Shown here piece by piece: positions 1-9,351 of a stretch of 64,000 nt of DNA. Within the stretch, counting starts at the first letter, position 1. Every line of letters begins with the position of its first letter. The DNA comes from Actinomycetota bacterium (GTDB lineage: Bacteria; Actinomycetota; JAICYB01). Both the position numbers and the translations under genes were made by a program. The notes beneath the pieces are model-generated. The model worked only from the letters and a program-made list of their open reading frames with translations. It ran no database searches and was not told the DNA's origin. The DNA lies in NCBI GenBank assembly GCA_040905525.1, contig JBBDRJ010000013.1, positions 231,919-295,918 of the forward strand, read 5' to 3'.

Positions 1-1380
1 ATCACACCCGACCCGGACGACGTCGTGCGTTCGTTGCCCCTCCTGGTCGACGACGGAACGAACTTCGTCCCCTCGCTCTCGCTGGCCACATACGCCGAGG
101 TCGAGAACCTCACAAACGAAAGCGTCACGTTGCGGCCGAACGGCGTTCAGCTCGGCGACGAGCTGATCCCGACGGGGAAGCGCGCGCTCATGGAAGTCGC
201 TTTCGCACCCGAGCTGCGCATCGACGCGGAGGAGCCACCGATCATCTCGGCGGCCGACGTGCTCGACGGTCAAGTGCCAACCGATCGATTGGAAGGAAAG
301 ATCGTATTCGTCGGAGCAACCGACCCGACCCTCGGCGACAACAGCACGACGCCCGCCGCCAAGGGCGTCAAGATGCCGGGCGTTCTCATTCACGCCAACG
401 CCGTCAACACGATGATCACCGGCCAGTTCCTTCGTCCGGCGGGTGATGTTCGCGTTGCTCTGGCCGCCGGGGCACTGGCTCTGGTGGTCGGGCTCGCTAC
501 GCTCGTCTTTCCCGTTTCCGTCGCGCCGCTCGCCGCGATCCTCGCGCTGGCCGGCTATGCGTTCTGGTCGGTGGTGCAGTTCGACTCGGGCACGGTTCTC
601 GACCTCATCTATCCGCCGCTGGCGATCGTGCTCGCGTTCGTGACGGCCCTCGGCTTCCGGTACTTCACCGAGCTGCGCGGCCGTAGACGCGTGTCCGCGC
701 TGTTCTCGCAATACGTCCCCCGCGGTGTAGCCGACGAGCTGATAGCGTCCGGCCGTGTCGAGGACACCATCCGCGGTGAGCGTCTCGACGTCACCGCGCT
801 GTTCTGCGACCTTCGCGGATTCACGGCGACATCGGCCCAGCTCGAGCCGACACAGGTGCGCGATCTGCTGAACATCTACTACGACGAGTGCTCTCAGCTC
901 GTTCATAAGTACGGCGGGACCCTGCTCACGTACATCGGGGACGAGGTCTTCGCGGCCTGGGGCGCACCGATGCCCGATGCCGCAAACGCATCCAAGGCTG
1001 TCGCGTGCGCCCGCGCCATGCAGGAAGCGAACGTCGCCCTGGACGCGCGCCTGGCCGCCGAAGGACTTCCGTCGGTGACCTACGGGATCGGTCTGCACAC
1101 CGGCGAGGTCATAGCCGCCCACGTGGGAACCGAGCTGCACCGGCAGTACACGCTCCTCGGCGACACCGTTAACTGCGCGTCGCGTCTGTGCACGATCGCC
1201 GGCCGTCACGAGATCGCGGTCTCCGATGAGACGTATCAAGCCTTGGACGAGAAGCCGCCGGCCGAAACGCTTCCCGGTGTCAAGCTGAAGGGCGTCGGGC
1301 GCGATCTCATCCCGCACAAGCTCTGGCCGGACGAGCTGAAAGATCCAACGGGGCAGCAGCGCGGCAAACTAGAGGGGTGA
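1..1380 (+). CDS. Class III adenylate/guanylate cyclase with N-terminal sensor/membrane region (5' partial, runs off window start)
   Basis: Frame 1 is open from nt 1. The translation contains the class III cyclase catalytic core (LFCDLRGFTATSAQLEP...TLLTYIGDEVFAAWGAP...GIGLHTGEVIAAHVGTE...YTLLGDTVNCASRL), preceded by hydrophobic helices. The stop overlaps the next gene's start (GTGA). Confidence 0.85.
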   Translation: MTPDPDDVVRSLPLLVDDGTNFVPSLSLATYAEVENLTNESVTLRPNGVQLGDELIPTGKRALMEVAFAPELRIDAEEPPIISAADVLDGQVPTDRLEGKIVFVGATDPTLGDNSTTPAAKGVKMPGVLIHANAVNTMITGQFLRPAGDVRVALAAGALALVVGLATLVFPVSVAPLAAILALAGYAFWSVVQFDSGTVLDLIYPPLAIVLAFVTALGFRYFTELRGRRRVSALFSQYVPRGVADELIASGRVEDTIRGERLDVTALFCDLRGFTATSAQLEPTQVRDLLNIYYDECSQLVHKYGGTLLTYIGDEVFAAWGAPMPDAANASKAVACARAMQEANVALDARLAAEGLPSVTYGIGLHTGEVIAAHVGTELHRQYTLLGDTVNCASRLCTIAGRHEIAVSDETYQALDEKPPAETLPGVKLKGVGRDLIPHKLWPDELKDPTGQQRGKLEG

Positions 1381-3275
1381 ATCCCCGCCGCACCGCGCTC
1401 CTGGGAGCCCTGGCCTTCGTCTTCGTCGCTCCCGGTGCCGGGGCCCAGGTCCAGGACCTCGCCCCCGACCTGCTGAAGGTGACGCGCCGAGCCGAGCCGG
1501 TCGTGCTGACCGGACTGAACATCCCGTCGTGGTCGCGCCTGCCGGCCGTGGGTGCGCCGTCGACCTGGCCCCAGGGCGCCACCGACGATGTCCGCGACGC
1601 TCACCTGGGCACGCTCGTCGTTCCGCCGGACGTGCGGGCGGGCGTGGTGCCCTCCGACATCGTCGCGTTCCGCTGGGACGGCTCGGACTTCGTGGAGATC
1701 CGGGTGCAGGTCGACGAGCGCTTCCCGTACTTCTTCGCCAACGCCAAGTCCGACTTCGGGATCTATTCGGCCGTTGACGAGGAGCTCACGTACGCGTGGG
1801 ACGTCGAGAGCTGGAAGAAGACGGCGGGCGAGTGCCGGGCTTCCTACCCCCCGGGGATGAGTGCGATGCCCGATCCCGTCCCGGGACTGGACAACGACGA
1901 CGAGATCGTCTTCATGGCCTCCGACGCCGGAGCGCAGGCGCCGCAAGACGCGAGCGACCCACTGCTCGCTTCCGACCGCCGGGAGGTCAACCTCGTCGAC
2001 CCGCTCGCTCCCACCGTCCGGCGTTACGTGTACCTGTTCCTGCGAAACGGGGGATCGTCCTTCGACTCGAGCAACGGCTACGTCCGCTACCAGCGCGACT
2101 CCGACGCCGACGAGTGGATCGACCGCTACAGCTTCCCGCGCTCGAGCCCCGAGGCGTTGGGGACGAGCAACACCGGCTACGGACCGAACCTGACGGGCGC
2201 GGTGTGCCGCACCGCCGAAGGCGACGGCTACCCGAAGGTGGAAGACGGGATTCCTCGTGCCTCCGAAGATCGGTTCCCGCGCGACGGCGTCACCGTCCGC
2301 ACGTCGAAGTACGAATGGCGCGCCTCGGGCCGGTGGATGGTCCGCGGCATGCGCGTGGTGCGCGCCGGTCATCCCGGATCCTTCGGCCCGGACCTCGTCG
2401 ATCGGTGGAAGGGCCGCGGCTACCAGCAGAGCCCGGACTCGGGCATATCCCTGATCGGGTTCGAGGACGAGCAGGTCAACTGGGAGGCCAACTCGGCCCT
2501 GGTCGGCGAGCGCGCGGGACCGGTGCGCGCCATAAGAGAGATCTGGGGCGCCGACTCGGGAACCAACGTCACGAAGACCGAGACCTTCTACCGGAACGCC
2601 GTGGCCTACCGCTACCACCTGCGAGTGCATCCCATACCACCCGACGGGATCTACGAGGAATGGGATCACAATGCCGGGGTCGTGACGAAGTACTTCAACA
2701 CGTTCAAGACCGAAGGCGTCGATGTGGACGGGAAACCGGACGACATCGGAGAGATAAACGAGATCGCCGGCGTGCCGGCCTTCTTCGACATACAAGATCC
2801 AACCTTCGCGCCGGTACCCCTCTTCACCTGGCAGCAGGTGTCGGGACGTGGCGACGCGGGCTCCCTCGTCTACATCGTGCATCCCAAGAGTGCGACGTCG
2901 TTCCTCAACCCACTCGTCGGTTCCTACTACCGCGACGACAAGTGCTTCGACGACGGTACGGGCGACGACCCCGTCCCGCGGCCCTGGCCCGGTGAGGCGT
3001 CGACGGATGAACGCGTCCGCGCCGGCTACGAGCAGTCGGCCGGCAAGCCCTACGAGGAGATCGCCTGTGAGTCGAAGCAGGGAGCCTGGGGGGCGGTCGG
3101 CGTCCATTTCCTGCTGACCGGCGACACCGACAACGCGTTCCAATCCAAACCCCTTACCGAGCTCGACGCGCTCGAGTGGCAGTTCGCCGTTCCGACGAGC
3201 CATCCACGTCCTGCCGGCGAGCCGTTCGCGAACTCGATCCGGCTCCCGCTGATCCCACTAGTGACGGAGAACTGA
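1377..3275 (+). CDS. Secreted hypothetical protein (632 aa) with signal peptide
   Basis: The N-terminus MNPRRTALLGALAFVFVAPGAGAQV is a signal peptide. The ORF is long and uninterrupted, translationally coupled to the cyclase upstream and to the PCD gene downstream (ATGA overlap). I recognise no family. Confidence 0.6.
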   Translation: MNPRRTALLGALAFVFVAPGAGAQVQDLAPDLLKVTRRAEPVVLTGLNIPSWSRLPAVGAPSTWPQGATDDVRDAHLGTLVVPPDVRAGVVPSDIVAFRWDGSDFVEIRVQVDERFPYFFANAKSDFGIYSAVDEELTYAWDVESWKKTAGECRASYPPGMSAMPDPVPGLDNDDEIVFMASDAGAQAPQDASDPLLASDRREVNLVDPLAPTVRRYVYLFLRNGGSSFDSSNGYVRYQRDSDADEWIDRYSFPRSSPEALGTSNTGYGPNLTGAVCRTAEGDGYPKVEDGIPRASEDRFPRDGVTVRTSKYEWRASGRWMVRGMRVVRAGHPGSFGPDLVDRWKGRGYQQSPDSGISLIGFEDEQVNWEANSALVGERAGPVRAIREIWGADSGTNVTKTETFYRNAVAYRYHLRVHPIPPDGIYEEWDHNAGVVTKYFNTFKTEGVDVDGKPDDIGEINEIAGVPAFFDIQDPTFAPVPLFTWQQVSGRGDAGSLVYIVHPKSATSFLNPLVGSYYRDDKCFDDGTGDDPVPRPWPGEASTDERVRAGYEQSAGKPYEEIACESKQGAWGAVGVHFLLTGDTDNAFQSKPLTELDALEWQFAVPTSHPRPAGEPFANSIRLPLIPLVTEN

Positions 3276-3610
3276 TGAGTCTGGCCGATCAGCGCTGCGA
3301 GGTGTGCCGGCCCGGGATGCCGCACCTGTCGGATGACGAAGCCGCACAAATGCTCTGTGAGCTCGACGAGTCCTGGGAGATCGTTGACGGTCATGCGAAG
3401 CTTCGACGGCGCATCAAGACCGCGGACTTCGGGGAGTCGATGGCATGCGCCGTGCGGATCGGATTCGTAGCGGAGGCCGAAGGTCACCACCCGGACCTTC
3501 ACGTGCACTGGGGTCGGCTGGTGGTCGACCTGACGACCCACGCGGCCAAAGGACTGACGCGCAACGACTTCGTGCTGGCGGCCAAGATCGACCGGCTCCT
3601 CGCCTCTTGA
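3275..3610 (+). CDS. Pterin-4-alpha-carbinolamine dehydratase (PCD/DCoH family)
   Basis: Internal ATG at 3275 of ORF 3176..3610. The motif EAEGHHPDLHVHWGRLVVDLTTHAAKGLTRND matches the PCD signature (HHP...W...H...D). About 111 aa. Confidence 0.8.
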   Translation: MSLADQRCEVCRPGMPHLSDDEAAQMLCELDESWEIVDGHAKLRRRIKTADFGESMACAVRIGFVAEAEGHHPDLHVHWGRLVVDLTTHAAKGLTRNDFVLAAKIDRLLAS

Positions 3611-4824
3611 GTCAGAAGCACAAGGCCGGCTTCCCGAACACGCCGTTCGCGACCCTGGCGCGGGCGTACGCCGCGAGCCTGGGCGGCGATGCGTTCGTCG
3701 CCGTGGCGCTGGCCGGCTCCCTGTTCTTCACCGTCCCCGCCGAGTCCGCGCGAACCGACGTCGCCCTGTACCTGCTCGTGACGATGACGCCGTTCGCGTT
3801 GGTGGCACCCGTGCTCGGCCCGGTGCTCGATCGGGCCCGCTCGCGACGAGTGACGCTGGCTGCGGTGGCGTGCGTCGGCCGCGCCGTGCTCTGCGTGTTG
3901 ATGGCGCGGCACCTCGACAGCCCGCTGCTGTACCCCGAGGCCTTCGGGATGCTCGTGCTGATGAAGAGCTTCCAGGTAGCGAAATCGGCCATGGTGCCGG
4001 CCGTGGTCACGGGACCGGACGAGCTCGTGCGGGCAAACTCCCGTTTGACGCTGGCCGGAGTGTTCGGCGGCGTCGTCGCAGGAGGCTTCGCCGTCGGTGT
4101 CATGAGGCTCGGCGGCGGCAGTTGGGTGCTCGCTTTCGGGGCGATCGCGTACCTGGTCTCGGCCCGGCTCACAACGCTCGTGCCGACGTCCGGTCCGCTC
4201 ATCAACGTCGAACCGGAGAGCTCGGCCGCGGCAGCAGCGATCAGGCCGGCGCACCTACACGGCATCCGGCTGGCCGTCATCGCGATGGCCGTGCTGCGCA
4301 GCGGTGTCGGATTCGTCGTGTTCCTGCTCGCCTTCGCTCTCAAGCGCGAAGGCGAGCCGGCGTGGTTCTACGGCCTGGTGATCGGCGTCAGCTCGCTCGG
4401 AGGACTGGTCGGCGCGATAGCTGCGCCCAGGTTGCGCAAGCTCCTGCGCGAGGAGGCTGTACTGGTCTTCTCCCTCGCCCTGCCGGCCGTCGCGGCCGTG
4501 TTGGGTGCGCGTTCGGAGGCGCGACCGGCCGCACTTATGGTGGCGTTCGCGCTCGGTGTCGGCGGATCGTGCGGACGCGCCGGGTTCGACAGCCTGGTGC
4601 AGCGCGACGCCCCGCACTCGTTGTGGGGCCGGTCGTTCGCGCGTTTCGAGGCCTACTTCCAGCTGGCCTGGGTCCTCGGAGCCTTCGTTCCCGTGCTGGT
4701 GACGATCTCACCCGGCATCGGGATGCTGGTGCTGGCGTTGATCTGCGGCGGGGGAGGCTTCGCTTACCTGGCCGGACTGGCCGCCGACAGCCTGCTACAC
4801 GCGAACAGGCCGCCCGGGCGCTAG
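3607..4824 (+). CDS. MFS-type membrane transporter
   Basis: Roughly 12 hydrophobic helices. The ORF frame is open from 3445, but the likely start is TTG 3607, overlapping the PCD stop. The start is uncertain. Confidence 0.65.
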   Translation: MSQKHKAGFPNTPFATLARAYAASLGGDAFVAVALAGSLFFTVPAESARTDVALYLLVTMTPFALVAPVLGPVLDRARSRRVTLAAVACVGRAVLCVLMARHLDSPLLYPEAFGMLVLMKSFQVAKSAMVPAVVTGPDELVRANSRLTLAGVFGGVVAGGFAVGVMRLGGGSWVLAFGAIAYLVSARLTTLVPTSGPLINVEPESSAAAAAIRPAHLHGIRLAVIAMAVLRSGVGFVVFLLAFALKREGEPAWFYGLVIGVSSLGGLVGAIAAPRLRKLLREEAVLVFSLALPAVAAVLGARSEARPAALMVAFALGVGGSCGRAGFDSLVQRDAPHSLWGRSFARFEAYFQLAWVLGAFVPVLVTISPGIGMLVLALICGGGGFAYLAGLAADSLLHANRPPGR

Positions 4825-5135
4825 GAGAGCTTCTCCTCTATCGACGCGACCTTTGCGTCGAGAACATCGGTGAACCCCGGACGCACGTCGGCCTTGATGA
4901 CGACGCTCACCCGATCGCACCGCTTCAGCACGGCGTCTACCGCGGCCTTGATGACGGCGAACACCTCGTCCCATTCGCCCTCGATCGTCGTGAACATCGC
5001 ATCTGTGCGGTTGGGCAGACCGGACTCACGCACGACGCGTACGGCTTCGGCGACCTCGTCGCCTACGGAATCTTCGGATGTCCCGATCGGGGTGACGCTG
5101 AAGGCGACGATCATCTCCTTACCTGTATATCGCAA
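4821..5135 (-). CDS. MTH1187/YkoF (DUF77) family thiamine-binding-like protein
   Basis: [25 protein letters not shown]...[24 protein letters not shown] is a close match to MTH1187-family proteins. The start is either TTG 5135 or ATG 5114. Confidence 0.8.
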   Translation of the reverse strand: MRYTGKEMIVAFSVTPIGTSEDSVGDEVAEAVRVVRESGLPNRTDAMFTTIEGEWDEVFAVIKAAVDAVLKRCDRVSVVIKADVRPGFTDVLDAKVASIEEKLS

Positions 5136-5193
5136 GGATCGCTCCGCGCTAAGCGTGGACTAGGCTCTGGTCCGTGACCGAGGGAGCAAAGCG

Positions 5194-6228
5194 CTGAGAG
5201 TCGGTCTGGTCGGTTGTGGGTTCATCGGCCGCGTGCACAGCTGGGCCTACTGGGCCCTTCGTAAAGCCAACCTGTTCGACGCCGCGATAACCGCGGTTTG
5301 CGATCGCGATCCCCGGCGCGCGGCCGATCTCGCCAAGCCCCACGACGCCGAGGTCCTTAGTCTCGACGCACTGATCGGATCCGTAGACGTCGTCTATGTG
5401 TGCACGCCGACCGTCGAGCACGTGGCCGTGTGCGAGGCCGCTGCCGATCGTGGTTTGGCGGTGTTCTGCGAGAAACCTCTGGCGCGCGACCTCGCGGGGG
5501 CCGAGCGTGTCGCCCGAGCGCTGAAGCGAGTTCCGCACCGCGTCGGGCTCGTCCTGCGGGCGGCTCCAGTCTTCTCCGCGCTCCGCGAGATCATCTCGTC
5601 CGGGCGCTACGGACGCCCGATGGCGTTGACGCTGCACGACGACCAATACTTCCCGATCCAAGGCCAGTACGCATCGACGTGGCGATCCGACCATGCCATC
5701 GCCGGTGGAGGAACGCTGATCGAGCATTCGATTCACGACGTCGATCTTTTCCGGTGGCTGCTGGGGGAGCCGGCATCGGTTTCGTGCCGCACCGCGTCGT
5801 TCTTCGGCCATCCGGGCATCGAGGACCTGGCCGTCGCGACCTTTGATTTCGACGGCGGGAGTGTGGCGAGCCTCACGTCGGTCTGGCACCAGGTCACGAC
5901 ACGCGGGTCCACGCGACGCGTCGAGGTCTTCTTCGAGCAGGCGCACTTATGGACCCAGGACGACAACACGGGCCCCTTGCATGTCGAGAACTCGTCCGGG
6001 ACCGAGGTGATCGAGTGTCCGCCGCCGGCGTGGGTGGACGATCTTGAAGTGCCCGAACAATTCCGGCGGACGCTCGGCCTGTACACCGAGGCGAACCGGC
6101 GTTTCCTCGAGGCCGTGGCCTCGGGAAGCACCGGTTCGCCCGACGCCACAGACGCGGTCGCCGCCCATCTGCTGGTCGACGCCGCGTACCGCTCGGCCAC
6201 CGAGGGGGGTCGGCTGACGGTCGTGTGA
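5194..6228 (+). CDS. Gfo/Idh/MocA family NAD(P)-dependent oxidoreductase
   Basis: The Rossmann N-terminus LRVGLVGCGFIGRVHSWAY lies upstream of the first GTG (5233), and no ATG/GTG/TTG lies between the stop at 5176 and 5233. Putative CTG start at 5194. The C-terminal Gfo/Idh/MocA fold is conserved. Confidence 0.7.
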   Translation: MRVGLVGCGFIGRVHSWAYWALRKANLFDAAITAVCDRDPRRAADLAKPHDAEVLSLDALIGSVDVVYVCTPTVEHVAVCEAAADRGLAVFCEKPLARDLAGAERVARALKRVPHRVGLVLRAAPVFSALREIISSGRYGRPMALTLHDDQYFPIQGQYASTWRSDHAIAGGGTLIEHSIHDVDLFRWLLGEPASVSCRTASFFGHPGIEDLAVATFDFDGGSVASLTSVWHQVTTRGSTRRVEVFFEQAHLWTQDDNTGPLHVENSSGTEVIECPPPAWVDDLEVPEQFRRTLGLYTEANRRFLEAVASGSTGSPDATDAVAAHLLVDAAYRSATEGGRLTVV

Positions 6229-6231
6229 GGT

Positions 6232-7668
6232 TTACCCGATCGTCACCAACTCACCCATGGCGCCCGGGATGGGCTCGGGGATCATCACTGTCTCGTGTCC
6301 GACCGTCCACAGGATCTCGTCCATCGCGTCCTGAACACCGCCGGCGAGCATGCCGAGATCCGGGAGCAGGTCGAGGTCTCCGAGAAGACCGAACCCGAGC
6401 TTGCCGTCGTAGGACATGGCGCCGATGGACAGGCCCTGATTGCGAACGAGCGGTGCCTGCGGATAGAGCTCGACGAGCTTGCGTCCGAGCAGGTAGAGCG
6501 GGAACTGGGGCCCGGGCACGTTCGTGACGAGCAGGTTGAACGAGCGGTACCGCGACTGGAGCTGCGAGAGCCCGGCGACCGCGAACGGAGGCAGGGCACT
6601 CGACATCTTCAAGATCGCGTCACCCGCGCGGGCCTGGTGCGAGGCCTTCGCTTTCGTCATCACCTCGTGGATGCGGTCCAGCCGCACCAATGGATCGCGG
6701 ATACCTACCGGCAGAGGCACGACGAGCATCACGACGCGGTTGCCGAGGGTGTCGTGCTCGTCCGCCCCGCGGACCGACACCGGAACCATCACCTTCACGT
6801 CGTGCGGATCAACGCCGCGCGAGACCTGCCAGCGCCGCAGACCGCCGGCCACCGCCGCGAGGATGGCGTCGTTGACGGAGGCACCGACGATGGACTTCAG
6901 CCCCTTGACGTCGTCGAGCGAGCTCCGCGCGACGGCGAAGCGCCGGCCCGAGCCGATGCGGCCGTTGATCTCCATGCGCGGTGCTTGGCGAAGGAGCGAA
7001 GAAGCCAGGTCGACGGCTCCGGTGGCTACGTCGGCGATCTGACGGATCGTCCGGCGAGGCTTGCGCAGCGCGCCGAGGACCCCGCGCACGCTGCCGATGC
7101 CCTCGGTGATGCGATCGCGCGCGGCCGCGGCGATCATCTCGACACCGCCCGGCGCCCGGCGCTGCTCGAACGAAACGCCGGGCTCGTCGGGCGCATCGGG
7201 GGTTGCGTCGAGGAGAACGGAATGGATGTCGGCTCCCGAGATGCCGTCCCACAGGCTGTGGTGAGTCTTGGAAAGAACCGCGAACCTGTCGTCGGACAGA
7301 CCCTCGATCAGACACATCTCCCACAGAGGCCGCGACTTGGTCAGAGGCTGAGAAAGCATATAGCCGACAACGTGCATGAGCTCGTCGTCACTTCCGGTAT
7401 CGGGCAAGCGCACGCGCTGCACGTGCGAGGAGATGTCGAAGCGTGGGTCGGGGACCCAGGCCGGCCGGTGCCCGTTGAAGGGAACCGAGGCCAGGCGCTG
7501 CCGGAATCGCGGCACGAGGTGCAGGCGCCCGACGAGCACGTCCATCAGCTCTTTGGTCTGCGGCGGCGGACCTTCGTAGACGGCGAGCGAGGAGATATGC
7601 ATCGGTGTGCACGGTCCGTCCAAGTACAGGAAGCTTGCGTCCAATGCGGATAAGCGGTCGATCGACAT
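6232..7668 (-). CDS. Wax ester synthase/diacylglycerol acyltransferase (WS/DGAT)
   Basis: The HHSLWDGISG active-site motif (HHxxxDG) is present. Length ~478 aa from the internal Met MSIDRLSALDASFLYLD. Confidence 0.85.
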   Translation of the reverse strand: MSIDRLSALDASFLYLDGPCTPMHISSLAVYEGPPPQTKELMDVLVGRLHLVPRFRQRLASVPFNGHRPAWVPDPRFDISSHVQRVRLPDTGSDDELMHVVGYMLSQPLTKSRPLWEMCLIEGLSDDRFAVLSKTHHSLWDGISGADIHSVLLDATPDAPDEPGVSFEQRRAPGGVEMIAAAARDRITEGIGSVRGVLGALRKPRRTIRQIADVATGAVDLASSLLRQAPRMEINGRIGSGRRFAVARSSLDDVKGLKSIVGASVNDAILAAVAGGLRRWQVSRGVDPHDVKVMVPVSVRGADEHDTLGNRVVMLVVPLPVGIRDPLVRLDRIHEVMTKAKASHQARAGDAILKMSSALPPFAVAGLSQLQSRYRSFNLLVTNVPGPQFPLYLLGRKLVELYPQAPLVRNQGLSIGAMSYDGKLGFGLLGDLDLLPDLGMLAGGVQDAMDEILWTVGHETVMIPEPIPGAMGELVTIG

Positions 7669-8141
7669 AGGGACCGTTCCTCTTGTCTGGGGCGGGCTTC
7701 TTAGAAGCTGTTGCAGCGAGCGGACAGCGCTTCGTCCAGGGTCGGGTTGTCTACCGACCCATCGGCGCACCCGATGAGCTCGGGCTGCGCCGGACATCCG
7801 CCGAACCTGAGCGGGTGCACGGACGCGATCAGGACCATGACCTCCTGCCAGTCATCGACCTGCTCTCGCGATCGTTCGAGCAATCGAACGCTAGCCATAC
7901 CGACCTCCCCGATTGGTCGTTCGTCCTCGGGATTCAAAGCGACGAAGGTCTGAGTAATACCCACCATCACGCGTTATCACAAGGGCCTAAGACCAGCACA
8001 AACGTGTTGCGCTACCACGTACCTGCGAAAACGTGATGTGAAGCTTTAGTTACAGATTGTCTCTTTGACGTAGATCCGCGGGGCAAGGACCATTCATGTT
8101 GGGCGTTTGCAAGATCCAGCTAACCCATATGGGGGGTAGGG

Positions 8142-9326
8142 ATGGACCTGACGTGGAGTCCGGAAGAGGAAGCATTCCGGGCCGAGGTGCGCGACTGGCT
8201 CGAAACCAGTGTTCCGAAAGAGAACAGGGCATTAGGTGAGGACGAGTTCGACGACGACCCCGGCTCCTTCGAGTTCCGTCGCGAATGGCAGAGGAAGCTC
8301 GGCGAGGCCGGTTACCTAGCGATGCACTGGCCGAAGGAGTACGGCGGAGGCGGTCGTACGCTCGTCGAGCAGGTCATCTTCAACGAGGAGTATGCGAAGG
8401 CGAACGCGCCGCAACCGGTCAACAGCCTCGGGTTGAACCTTGTCGGGCCCACCCTGATGACCCACGGCACCGAGGAGCAGCGCAAACGCTTTCTGCGCAA
8501 CATCCTCACCGCGGACGAGATCTGGTGCCAGGGCTATTCCGAGCCGAACGCCGGCTCCGACCTCGCGGGTCTCCAGACGAAAGCGGAGCTCGTGGGCGAC
8601 GAGTTCGTCATCAACGGGCAGAAGATCTGGACGACGCTGGCTCCGTTCGGCGACTGGATCTTCGTCCTGTGCCGCACGGATCCGGAAGCGCCCAAGCACC
8701 AGGGGATCAGCTACATCCTGTGCGATATGCACCAGCCGGGAGTGGAGATGCGACCGATCAAGCAGATGACGGGGACGTCCGGCTTCGGCGAGGTGTTCTT
8801 CACCAACGCGAGGACGCCGAAGGACATGCTCGTCGGCAACCTCAACGACGGCTGGCGCGTGGCCATGACCACGCTGATGTTCGAGCGCGGCGGGAACATT
8901 CTCGGAAGCGCCGTCCGGTTCCGCCGGATGATGTCCGCTCTTCGGGAGCTGGCCGAGGAGACGAAGCGCAACGGCGGAGCGGCGATCGATGACCCCGTCC
9001 TGCGTCAAGAACTGGGTAAACGCCTGGTCGAGGTGGAGATCCTCCGCCGGAACTCCGAGCGGGCGATGTCGCCGCTCCTGCACGGCGAGGCCCCGGGCCC
9101 GGAGTCGTCGATGGGCAAGCTCTACTGGTCGGAGTGGTACGTGAAGGCGACCGAGCTCGCGATGGAGATCCTCGGACACGACGGCCTGGTGAACAAGCAA
9201 TCCAACCAGTGGCTGATGGAATACATGGCCGCGCGGGCGTCCACGATCTACACGGGCACATCGGAGATCCAGCGCAACATCCTCGCGGAGCGCGTGCTCG
9301 GGCTTCCGAGGGGAGGGCGAAACTGA
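8142..9326 (+). CDS. Acyl-CoA dehydrogenase (catalytic alpha-type subunit)
   Basis: ACAD fold. The C-terminal TGTSEIQRNILAERV carries the catalytic Glu in the YxGTSEIQ context. Confidence 0.85.
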   Translation: MDLTWSPEEEAFRAEVRDWLETSVPKENRALGEDEFDDDPGSFEFRREWQRKLGEAGYLAMHWPKEYGGGGRTLVEQVIFNEEYAKANAPQPVNSLGLNLVGPTLMTHGTEEQRKRFLRNILTADEIWCQGYSEPNAGSDLAGLQTKAELVGDEFVINGQKIWTTLAPFGDWIFVLCRTDPEAPKHQGISYILCDMHQPGVEMRPIKQMTGTSGFGEVFFTNARTPKDMLVGNLNDGWRVAMTTLMFERGGNILGSAVRFRRMMSALRELAEETKRNGGAAIDDPVLRQELGKRLVEVEILRRNSERAMSPLLHGEAPGPESSMGKLYWSEWYVKATELAMEILGHDGLVNKQSNQWLMEYMAARASTIYTGTSEIQRNILAERVLGLPRGGRN

Positions 9327-9351
9327 TGATCGCGAAGCGGGGTGACTCCTA

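Noticed and set aside
1236-3203. 655-aa ORF on the minus strand
   Set aside because: It is antisense to the well-supported secreted-protein gene. Its Arg/Gly/Ala-rich low-complexity translation is typical of a spurious ORF in high-GC DNA.
7683-8036. Small ORFs (117 aa on plus, 89 aa on minus) in the WS/DGAT-ACAD intergenic region
   Set aside because: They overlap each other, have no RBS or family signal, and look like chance ORFs in a promoter region.
7970-8141. Possible KstR-type operator (ACAAACGTGTTG) upstream of the ACAD pair
   Set aside because: It is not actually palindromic on inspection and does not match the TnnAACnnGTTnnA consensus. There is no TetR regulator nearby.
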